This document shows, one piece after another, positions 25,950 through 37,005 of a stretch of 64,000 bases of DNA. The stretch is from Anthoceros angustus (Eukaryota > Plantae > Anthocerotophyta). The position numbers and the translations under genes were made by a program. The notes beneath the pieces are model-generated. The model did not search any database, was not told where the DNA came from, and saw only the letters and a program-made list of their open reading frames with translations. The first letter of the stretch is position 1; each line of letters opens with the position of its first letter. The stretch lies in NCBI GenBank assembly GCA_010909165.1, contig MU008160.1:434001-498000 (forward strand). The letters run 5' to 3'.

Positions 25950-26620
25950 TCGCGCCCCGCAGGGGCCGCCACGCCCGCCTCCTGCTGCTCGTAATGCCGG
26001 CGCCGCCTGCCCGCCTCGCTGCCCCGCCCGCACCGCCTTCCTCCGCCTCGCCCGCCTTCCCCGCCTTGCCCCGCCCGCCCGCCCGCCTCTCCTTGCCTTG
26101 GTGGCCCGCCTCACTGTCACCCAGTGAAGGCCCGCCGCCTCTGCCCGCCTCGCCCGACTGCCCGCCCGCCCGCCTGCCCGCCTCGCCCGCCCGCTTGCCC
26201 GCCTCCGTCCCTCGCCCGCCTCCTGCCCGCCTCGCCCGCCTCGCCGCCGCCGCCGCCCGCCCTTCTCCGCTGATCGCGATAAACCCCGCCCGGTGCTGGC
26301 TCGCCCCTCGCCGCCACCGTAGGGCCCCGCCCGCCTTCCTCCGCCTCGCCGCCACCCTTCGGGTCCAAGGGGCATAAACCCCGCCTCGCCCGCCTGCCGC
26401 CGCCTGCCCCCGCTGGTCGCTCGTGCAGGTGGCTGGCTCGCCTGCCTCGCCCGGCCGCGCCTGACCGAATGAGGGCGCCCGCCGCCGCGCCCGCCGAGGC
26501 GCTGGCGGCGTGCACCGCCGCCGCCCGCACCGCCGCCGCCTGCACCGCCGCCCGCCCGCCCGACCTCCGCCTCCCCGCCTCGCCCGCCCGCCGCCTCGAC
26601 GCCTAACCACCGTGGCGCGT
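25950..26620. repeat. C-rich (CCCG/CCGCCT)n low-complexity tract
   Basis: Runs of cccgcccgcc and cgcctcgccc. Confidence 0.8.
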
Positions 26621-27146
26621 CAGCCCGCCAAATCGGTGCTTCGCCGCCTAAACCGTCGCCCCAATCTCTTAGGACATGAACCCTAAAACGGGCAGGTTGT
26701 TTGAGGCCACCTACCGCACCCTAAGTGGAACATCAAGGAAAAATTTCTTCATGCAGAAAAACCATGTTGAGTGCGGGGAAAAAGTAAGTTCCTTTCTATC
26801 TTCAGGTGACCGTGGTCAGGCCCCTTGACTACTCCCATTTCGCCCCAAGTTACAAACCGACACCAAAAGTTTTGCGGAAGAAAAAAAATGTCGTCCCCTC
26901 TATCCTCTTTGGTATGCCATAGAAAACTCATATCACTCCCATAATAGAACTTTGCTCCTATAACAAATAATTTTTAAACCATTAATTTTTGAGAATTTGA
27001 GAACACGCCTAGATAATATCCATATTATTATTAGGAAAACAATTATTTATGTCGAATGAATATATTAAAAATGGTCCGAATCCAATCGTTGTCGATCGTT
27101 CTCTAGTTACCGTTAACCCGGGTCCCGTCTAAGGCGGGAACGGCGG

Positions 27147-27203
27147 GCGGGAAAGCGCTGCCTCGCCTGGCCCGATTGTGGGATTGTGATGTGTGTTTCC
27201 CGC
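27147..27203. promoter_or_regulatory. Two E2F sites upstream of CDT1
   Basis: GCGGGAAA at 27147-27154 and TTTCCCGC at 27196-27203, plus near-match GCGGGAAC at 27134; CDT1 is an established E2F target. Confidence 0.75.
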
Positions 27204-27411
27204 GCCTCGGACACGAGCGACGGCGCAGGCGCAGGCGCAGGCGATGGCGACCCACAAAGCTGATCAATGCTCGGGAGGAGGCTCACCAAGGTCGGACCTG
27301 ACAGCAGGCATTCTTGCGCGACGAGCAGATCACACTCCATGAGGAAAAGCGGGCATCCCTAGCCTTGAATGGACTCTTGAATGCTTGCCGCATTCTCCTG
27401 TCTTGGCCGAG

Positions 27412-30186
27412 ATGAAGGAGGTGAGAATCGAGCAAGCTTCCCTTGCACCAGCTCAGCAGGGGCACGGCAATGCTGGTCTGGAGGGGCCGCAGGGGGCCCA
27501 GTCGAGCAAGGGGAAGCTGTCGCAGCTCTGGAGCGTGAGGAAGAACTCCATCACGCCAGCTCAATTCCACGAGAGCTTGCGGAAGCAGGCGGTGGAAAGC
27601 GTGGGGAAGCAGGCATTGAAGAGGAGGCAGGGCATTGTGGAGAAGGCGAAGGAGTTGATGCGGAAGAACTCGCCGCAGAAGAAGGCGGCTGCTTGTGAGA
27701 GCCTGCCTGCGGATTTCTTGCTCCTGGAGAAGTACTTCGAGTGCTTGGAGGCTGCGTCGTCGCTGCTTCGCACCAGGCGGAAAATGTGCACCTTCAGCGC
27801 CGTGGCCAAGACTGTGGAGACCATGACCGGGAGGAGGTTCACTCGGAAGCACCTTGGCCAGATCAAGTATGTCTTTCCGGAGGTGCTAGGGCTGGAGCTT
27901 GTGTCGTATAAGGATCCGGACACTGAGAGGACCACGAGGGACCTGAAGTTGAGTTTGCTGCCAATTGGTGTGGAGTCGGCTCGTGGAGCAGGTGCTGTGG
28001 ATGCAAGCCCGGGGAAGGAGAAGTACAGAACGAGGGAGGTGTCAAGAAAGGAAGAATTTCGAGCGAAACTGTTGGCTCACCTTAGAGAGCATGGCAGGGA
28101 TGAGGAAATCCCGGTGGCAGTTTTGCCACAACACTATTCTGCTGCGGATACTGAGTTGAAGGCTGCTCTGCGGGGTCCTTCCTCACCCAAGTCCCCGGCC
28201 TTGGCTTCGGAGTTCTCATCGCATCGAGGCAAGGAAAGTTGTAATGGACTGTCAATTGACGAGGACACAGGGTTCAGGGTTGCAAGTGATGTTGCCGGGA
28301 GTAAGGCTCTGTCTGCTGCAGGGGAGGAGGAGGAGGAGGACGTGGAGCAGAAGGCGAGTCCTAACATGTCCCATTTTGGACCTTTATTTCGGCCTTTCTT
28401 TTCTGTGAAGACTGAGTCTGTTCGACCCTCCCCTCCTCCTGAGCCACTGGCAGAGCCTCGGAATTGCCCGACCTTCCCTGAGTCAGCTCCAGAGTCCATT
28501 TCCGAAAAGTTTAGCGTGCATGTTTCACATTTTCAACCGTTGTTTAAGCCTTTCTTTTCTGTCAGAAAAGAGGTATCCTCTCCCACAGAACCCCGAGTCT
28601 ATCCGCACAACGTCTCTCACCTGGAGTTGCCAGTCCAGTATTTGGAGTCTAATTCTTTCTCGGAGTCTCCATCCCTTCCTGATTTGTCCCAGACTCCGAG
28701 TGCAGTTTGTGAGAAAACTCCTCTCGCTAATGTAGCCAAATCTTCTTCCTTTTCCCTTCGGCCATGTGATTCAGCTAGATGCCAGACTGCTGCTGACATG
28801 TCTCCGTGCCCCAGTGCTTCCCGTGATCTGGTCAGCGCCTCCCCATTCCCTACTACTCCATTCCAACCCTCCCCCTTCGTGGGTTACAGTCAGCAGTTTG
28901 TGGCAAGGAACTCATCCTCGACTCCTCTACAACCATCTGCTGTGCGGGCTTCTGCAAAGCCACTGTTTTCCACACCTCCTGTCAGGCAGCAGACTGCAGT
29001 GAGGGAGCTTAGGTTCGGTACACCTGCTCCTTCAGCAAATACTGATCCCAACAGGTCTCAAGACCACTGCGACCCCGCCTGTGAAGATGATGGCGGGAAG
29101 TCAATACTGCCAAGAACTGTCTTTTCCAGAAGGTGTGTGGACGAGTCAGAAACTCCTGCAAAGTCCCGGCATTTCCATGGTATGGATGGGTCCCCTTACC
29201 TTCGGGGTGGCTCGTTCAGCAGTCCTTCAGGTGGTATTCCTGACTGCATTGGAGGTCCTTTGGGAACTCCGTCTTGTAGTACTCCCTTGCGTATTTATGA
29301 CACAACCCCGGGAGCACAGAATGACTACTCCTCACCAGCAGCTGTGTCCGTTCCCCGGCCGAAGGAGTTCACAACACCCAAGCGCGCAAGGGTAAATCTT
29401 GGGCTGATTTTTGATCAGGAATCCGAAGGTAAAGAGGCACGCACCACATTCAAGTCCCCATCGAAAAAGTCTCATGCTTCGGTGGCGGATGAGGTGCAGG
29501 ATGAGGCTACTCCGAGGGCCCCTTATGAGTCTTCACCTGCACCTGGGTTGCCTCCCCGGCCAAAGGATTTCACAACACCGAAGCGCTCAAGGGTAAATCT
29601 TGGGCTGGTTTTCCGGCAGGAATCCGAAGGTGTAGAGTGCCTTACCACACCATCGAGAAGGCTGCATGCCGCATTGGAGGATGAAGTGCAAGATGAGGGG
29701 ACTGCGGAGGAACATGCTCAAGAGCTTCAGCTTATGGAAAGGAGTAGGAGTAAGGGCAAGATGGCTGAAGGCACATCCCAACCAGTCCCTAAGGTAGATG
29801 CTGATATCGTCAAGTGCCTCCCAACAGGGCTTGTGAAGTCGGTGCTGGAGGCAGAACGCAGGGCTCTGGAAGAACAGAACGAAGGTTTCCTTGCCTTGAG
29901 GAAGCTTAATAAGATGAAGGCCGACATGCCAAAACTGTTGAGTACTGTTCGTCAGATCTTCCAGGGTAGATCTGTCTTGCCTCACCAGGTCTTACTGTCC
30001 AAGGTCATGTCATCTAGTGGAGAATTGTCGGACTCCGTGGAGGTTGAAGAGAAGCTCCAACTTCTCCTTGAGCTGGCTCCAGATTGGATATCCATGAAGA
30101 CCTCTCTCACAGGCGACCGTTTGTACAGGATATCCAAGGCAGTCGACGTCGTTAGCATCCGGAAACGTCTTGCATTCCCTGTCTAG
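27412..30186 (+). CDS. CDT1: DNA replication licensing factor CDT1; may start at ATG 27244 via a 72-nt intron
   Basis: Intact 924-aa ORF; N-terminal domain YFECLEAASSLLRTRRKMCTFSAVAKTVETMTGRRFTRKHLGQIKYVFPE; C-terminal winged helix EVEEKLQLLLELAPDWISMK. Confidence 0.93.
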   Translation: MKEVRIEQASLAPAQQGHGNAGLEGPQGAQSSKGKLSQLWSVRKNSITPAQFHESLRKQAVESVGKQALKRRQGIVEKAKELMRKNSPQKKAAACESLPADFLLLEKYFECLEAASSLLRTRRKMCTFSAVAKTVETMTGRRFTRKHLGQIKYVFPEVLGLELVSYKDPDTERTTRDLKLSLLPIGVESARGAGAVDASPGKEKYRTREVSRKEEFRAKLLAHLREHGRDEEIPVAVLPQHYSAADTELKAALRGPSSPKSPALASEFSSHRGKESCNGLSIDEDTGFRVASDVAGSKALSAAGEEEEEDVEQKASPNMSHFGPLFRPFFSVKTESVRPSPPPEPLAEPRNCPTFPESAPESISEKFSVHVSHFQPLFKPFFSVRKEVSSPTEPRVYPHNVSHLELPVQYLESNSFSESPSLPDLSQTPSAVCEKTPLANVAKSSSFSLRPCDSARCQTAADMSPCPSASRDLVSASPFPTTPFQPSPFVGYSQQFVARNSSSTPLQPSAVRASAKPLFSTPPVRQQTAVRELRFGTPAPSANTDPNRSQDHCDPACEDDGGKSILPRTVFSRRCVDESETPAKSRHFHGMDGSPYLRGGSFSSPSGGIPDCIGGPLGTPSCSTPLRIYDTTPGAQNDYSSPAAVSVPRPKEFTTPKRARVNLGLIFDQESEGKEARTTFKSPSKKSHASVADEVQDEATPRAPYESSPAPGLPPRPKDFTTPKRSRVNLGLVFRQESEGVECLTTPSRRLHAALEDEVQDEGTAEEHAQELQLMERSRSKGKMAEGTSQPVPKVDADIVKCLPTGLVKSVLEAERRALEEQNEGFLALRKLNKMKADMPKLLSTVRQIFQGRSVLPHQVLLSKVMSSSGELSDSVEVEEKLQLLLELAPDWISMKTSLTGDRLYRISKAVDVVSIRKRLAFPV

Positions 30187-31381
30187 CGAGTATGTAAACT
30201 CTGTCCAGGAGGGCAGGTTACCTTGCTAGACCAAGACCCAAAGTGGTGGACAGGGTAAAACAGTGGATCACATACATGGATAGGTGCTGGACAAGATCCC
30301 GGCGGAAGTTTGTTCTCACCGGGTATTGTTTTCTAAGTGTTTGCCCTCGGTTAACCCTTCTCTTATCTAGGTATTTAGGACTGTTTATAGGACTGGTGAA
30401 ATTTTGATGTCCACTTGGGATTTTTGTACACCACTTGTCAACACAGCCTTAACTCCGCAGGCTGTGATTGTGAACTTGGAAGCGAGAGCATAGCTTCGAA
30501 GTATTATGCCCAGCTGTGAACCGGCTTTTCCTGGGAGGTCCGAAGGGACGAGATTCTTTGGCCCTCTGGGACAAGATTTTTTCCCAGGTGTCTATCGCTT
30601 TTCAGGGGGCTCAGGGGCCTTTACTTGTAAAATCAGGAGCCTTCGAAGGTCTTGACGAAAGTGATGAAGGCATATCAGGGTGAGGGTCCTTCAGGGGGCC
30701 TCGAAATAGCAGGGGGCCCATGAGGGGGCCTCGGCATAGCACGGGGCTCAGGTGGCCTCGAAATATCAGGGTGCTCAGGAGCCTCGATGGGCCAGGCCAT
30801 GCACTGTCAGAGGGCTTTTTACAACAACTGGTGCTTCGGACACATGTGTCTCTCCGAGGGAGGCCAGTGCGCATCGGTTTGCGCTTGAGGACGGTGCGTA
30901 TCACTTTCTCTAAAGTTTCCGACATTCGCATTTCTCTCTCGTACTGTAATGCATGTGCAGAAATACTAGTTTGTTACGATACCATTCAAACTGCACAAGG
31001 ATGCTACGGTGCCGCTGCTTTCTGTGGGTGACAGGTGTCTACCAGCTGAAGGCGTGCTGACATTCTCAGTACGTCAGTTCCCAGGCTCGTCCCGAATGTA
31101 CGTGTGGAAACAGTACATGGAACTGCCCACTTTTTTCAATTCCACCCAGGAGATCACTGAACTGACAGGCAGATTTGGATACTTTATGCATACGTCGGCT
31201 ATACCATTCATGCAATCGTGGCTAACTGCAATTGGGTTGCTCTGGCGGAGGAGATTTTATTACAAGAATGGACAACTTCTCTTACGATAGCTGCGGACAC
31301 TTCTCCCCACCAAGCTTATTGCTTGTACAGGCTACAAACTGAAAACACACCTTCCCGCCATTCACAAGAAGCAGCTGTCAA

Positions 31382-32638
<1,257 letters not shown>

Positions 32639-32694
32639 CTCTGTCTCGGCAAACTGCACAAACGCACCTCCAAGTCAGGCTCCCCATCTCACAT

Positions 32695-32905
32695 CCTTCC
32701 CATTCCCACAACCCAGCATCCCACTCCCACACCCCACCATCCCATCCGCACGACCCACCATCCCATTCCCACAGCCCAGAACCCCATTCGGCAGCCCACC
32801 ACCTGATTCCCACAGCCCACCACCCCATTCCCACAACCCACCATCCCATTCCCACAGCCCACCAGCTCACTTCCAGTACCCACCACCCCATTTCCACAAC
32901 CCGCT
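32695..32905 (-). repeat. (TGGGAATGGG)-type G-run minisatellite in a putative 5'UTR intron of the peroxidase
   Basis: More than 20 CCC runs on the + strand; flanked by putative donor at 32937 and acceptor at 32654. Confidence 0.75.
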
Positions 32906-33150
32906 ACGATCCACCATCGCCGCAGCCGCCAACCCACCTTCAGATGCAGTTTCGTTTGGGATTCGACGTCGACGAGAGAGTCGACCAACTCAGATCAGGT
33001 AGCAGCTTGAGGGAGTCTGGCCGATGGCGTGGTGATAAAGGTCGAAAAAGCGAGAAGGTGGAGATGGAGCCTCAAGGAGAGGAGCGGAATGCGGTAGAAG
33101 GAGGGACGTGCGAGCGACGCCGGGACACTGATCTCTCCAGGTTGACCCGG

Positions 33151-33157
33151 CTTTATA
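33151..33157 (-). promoter_or_regulatory. Putative TATA box of the peroxidase gene
   Basis: CTATAAAG on the minus strand ~220 nt upstream of the putative 5'UTR donor. Confidence 0.4.
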
Positions 33158-33374
33158 GCAGCCCGGCGCCATTCCAGGCCCTCAGTTCCAGGCTGGCGGG
33201 CAGAGTGCCCTGTACAGTACTGGTACAGTGCGGGATACGAATGCGCGTCTTGACTGCCTCGCTCCGCTAACCGCCACTCCCTCAAGATATCCGCATTCCG
33301 GAGCTGCCACGCTTCCTGCCTCCTCACGATCTCTCCCTCCTCCCCTGGGCCCAGGTTTCAAGGTAATTAACCCA

Positions 33375-33432
33375 GCTCCATCGCTCCACCGCTCCATCCG
33401 CTCCATCCGCTCCATCCGCTCCATCCGCTCCC
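33375..33432. repeat. 9-bp tandem repeat (CCGCTCCAT)n
   Basis: About 6 copies visible. Confidence 0.9.
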
Positions 33433-36400
33433 GTGATTACTGTATTTTACCCGCCACCAACTCCTCCCCAAGGATCACCATGATTGACTCCATCTCCCGC
33501 GCGCGCCGCTCGGATTAGCTGCGCGCGCGCGCGGTCGGGTCGACGGTCGCCGCCCAGCAAGTTGCGACCTTGCAACCCTGGCCTGCTCCAGCAAACGGGC
33601 CGGCAACTTGCAAGTGGGGCCTCAATCATGTCATCGTAACCCAGGCCCGTTAACAAACGTGCTTGGACCGGGCTTAAAATATTTAGGTAAATTGTTTAAA
33701 TTGTTTGCTCGTTTGCTCGTTTGCTCCATATAGACGTCCGGGTGACCTCCGTCAACGGAGCTAAGCCCAAGCGACGCGTTCCCTGTCGCGCCTCCTGCTA
33801 CACTCTACACACTCCTTCCTTCCTGAAATAGCAAAACGGGTCCCGCGTCCCGGCCACCGATTTCTCCATAGCCACTTGTCGCGGGTGCCGGAGATGCTTC
33901 GCCTCGCGTGCGTCCGAAGCCAGACTGCACTGTTTTTTTTAATCCGTCGTCTATTTATCCCGGTGTTAGACGCTTTACAGGTGCTAGTCGTTGAGAAGAA
34001 GCTCGTGGGCTGGACACTGGACAGCCTGCAACGCTGCTGCTGCGGATAACTATCGCATACCGTGAGGGGCTGTGGTTTAGGTCGCGCCGTCGCCCAGCAC
34101 GTGCTTCAATATTTGACTCTGTCTCTCTATGAAATTTCACCTCCCGGAACGCTTCAAAACTGACCGAACTGTAGGGAAACTTGTTTCGTTTCAAGAGGTA
34201 GGCTGGAAATGTGTGCACAAAGAAAATTATCCCTTCTTCTAGACATATATGATATCATATATCATACATATCTTTGGTGCAGCTTACCAACACCTATGTG
34301 AACTAATGTAAATGAAATGGAGTCCATTTGTCCCCGGAGTCTAGTCCTCCCTCCTAGGACAAGCTAAGTTGAAGGGAATTACTCAATCTTGAAGGGGAGA
34401 GGAGGAGACCTTGCGATGCCCCCACCTCTCCCGCCTCGAATTCCCCCCCATGGAATGTTTGCTCTCGGCTCGAAACACTGGTGGACGTCTTGACGTCGAG
34501 TGGGAGGCCCTCATTCGGAAGCTAGGTTAATGTTTCGACATTAAGGGAGATTTTTCCGCGCTTGAAAGACAGTTCAACACCTCCACCTAGAGTATGAGTC
34601 CTAGAAACATTCATTCTTTTCTTTTGCTCTCCCATCTTTCCCTACTATAGGCACCTGAAATGAGTTTGCTAGTTCATTGGTAAGTATACTCGCCCAATGC
34701 GGCTGAGACTTTCCTAAGTACTCGACCCGATTTGAGACTTTCCTGCGTGCTCGGTGTGGTGAGACTCCTCGTGCACTCGGTGTGGTGAGACTTTCCCACG
34801 TACACTGGTCTTGAAATGCACCCACTTGCGAAAGGCTGCATGCATTCTAAAACTAAGTCTGCGAGACAGAGTGTGGTTCTCTGTGTAATTGCTAAGGTCT
34901 GCCGACATACAAATCCGCACATAATAAGCATGCCTTATTATAAACCTTCGAAGGAGCGGGAGAATCAAAGAAGCCTAGATAAAAGCAGCCTAAGTAATGG
35001 TACTGCCCCCCATGAAGTAGATATGGAACAGCGGCAGTGAAGGCGAGCAACATGCCAATGGCAGCGAGCGCTAGCTTCCAACTCCAAGGGCCCTAAATCA
35101 AGCTCGCTAAAGGTTTTTCAAGACCACTGAAGGTGCTTCGATGGCCAACAAAACTGTGGAGATAAAACTAAGCCGTCATTAGACAAGATAAATTTTGGAG
35201 TTTAAAACATGTTTTCAAAATCAATTTGATCCAGAAGTTTCAAAGATGGTTCAAGTTCAATACAAAAGATCTCATGGCTGCTTAGCAATAGGTTACTACT
35301 ATATTGGGCACCGTATACTCAATGAAGAAGCGAACAATGTTCCAATTGCATTTTAGTGTGGTGGACTTGTTCAATAATCTGAAATCATTTATTGAAGCGG
35401 AAGCCCAGCATTACATCTGTGAATACTACGGACGTAGCCTCCCTATCGCAATCTTGCCTCAACTTTCTGTTTGCAAGAATCTGACGTGGCTAACCTTGCC
35501 CGATATTGCACATGATTTAGTCGTAATGGAAGTAAATATTTCAAGTAAAAGTATGGAAAGAAACATAGACCTATATTAAGGAAGCAGAGCAGGCATTTGA
35601 TGGAAGCAAAGGAATTTTAAAAAATATCAACAACACAATCCTCAAGTGCCTAAAACTTACAAGCATACTTAGATTGGGAGCCTCTGTATTTTCTTCACAC
35701 TGGAAGAGTAAAATGCACCTACAACTCGAGTGGCCAGCATCACCTCCGCTACACTTGTTTTTGAAGCAACGATATTTAGCCAGGCACAATGTATGAAAGC
35801 CTCCTGAGAATGGCATCTTTAACTATGAAAGAGCGTTGAATATGTTATGTGATTCAGACATACATTTTATAAGTCGCACGTTGTCTATCTCACATACTTC
35901 TTTTTTGGGGGAACCATGTGATGGCTGCGCCCTTACATTTGTGGTCGCGTTCCCTCCTCTACAGCTCGCGCCTATAGAAAATGGCAATCATGCCCCCCCT
36001 TGTTTGCAACCCGCGCCTCCAAATACATGCGCGTACTCTTTCCCTAGCTGTCTGTGCATTCTCGCGTACCTCTTCTCTACACATGAGAGATAGATGGTGT
36101 AAGGAGTAGTGAGAGCTTGCCAATGCATGAAGACTCTCTTAGGTTTTCGAAATTCTTATTTGACTGAGAACTGTTCATGAGCAATAAAGGTCCATAATTC
36201 ACTGGTGTCCTCCTCATTCGAGCACTCCAAGGATAAAAAATCAATCATAGTGATGGTGAGTGCAATTGCAAGTGCAGGTTTGGGCACAAATACAAGTGCA
36301 AACTCATTCACTTTTCTTCCTTCGAGGCAGAGAACGAATCTGCTTCGTGTATCACTCTCTTAAACAAATGCAAAGTGGTATGGATGGTTGCCTCTTGACT

Positions 36401-37005
36401 AACTTCATCCAACTTGGTCATCCTCATATGTTGTAAAACATTGCTTTCCATCGATAGCAATGCCATCAATACAAAAAAAAGTCCCTAATAAAAAATGCAA
36501 AGCACGTAAGTGACATAAGGGCCCACATTAAAAATGGAGCCCTAACTTGAGACTGTGGTCATCAATCGCTGACAAATGTGTACGAACCATGAGGTGCACC
36601 ATGTACGAACTATGAGGTGCGCTAGATTCCAGATCGATGCGCGGCGTAGAGATGTAATACTTGAATTATTCGTTTTTGTGCTTATGAGTCTTATGTTTTT
36701 TGTCATCTTGGCTCTCACTCTCTACAAGTGTTTGGGGTTTGGGGTAATCAAAATTAAAGCAAGTATCAGAAGGAAGTGTTTAGGATTTATGGTTCCATGT
36801 ATAGAAAGCTTAAAATAATCTGTATATACACACAATATGTGCAGATGATTTTCATTACTATACAGTTTGTAGTCTTCACTTTGTTCTCTAGGCATAACCA
36901 ATTCTAGAATATTTGAGACCACCTTGCTCTTGCCCTCACAAATAGCAGCGTAGTCTGCCTTTCAAGTTGCGAAAAGGCACAAAATTTATCATCACGTATT
37001 GGGTA

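Noticed and set aside
25747-26610. Several 120-240 aa ORFs in the C-rich tract
   Set aside because: Low-complexity artefacts of (CCCG)n sequence.
686-26945. Terminal inverted repeats of the DDE element (TATGG at ~690 versus CCATA at ~26917/26939)
   Set aside because: Only 5-9 nt of match, within chance; no TSD identified.
30600-31300. Short ORFs and a ~27-bp imperfect GGGCCTCG repeat between the CDT1 and peroxidase 3' ends
   Set aside because: No recognisable domain or consistent splice structure.
36280-36470. Possible RING-like remnant (NHPYHFA) on the minus strand
   Set aside because: Too few Cys/His ligands and interrupted by stops.
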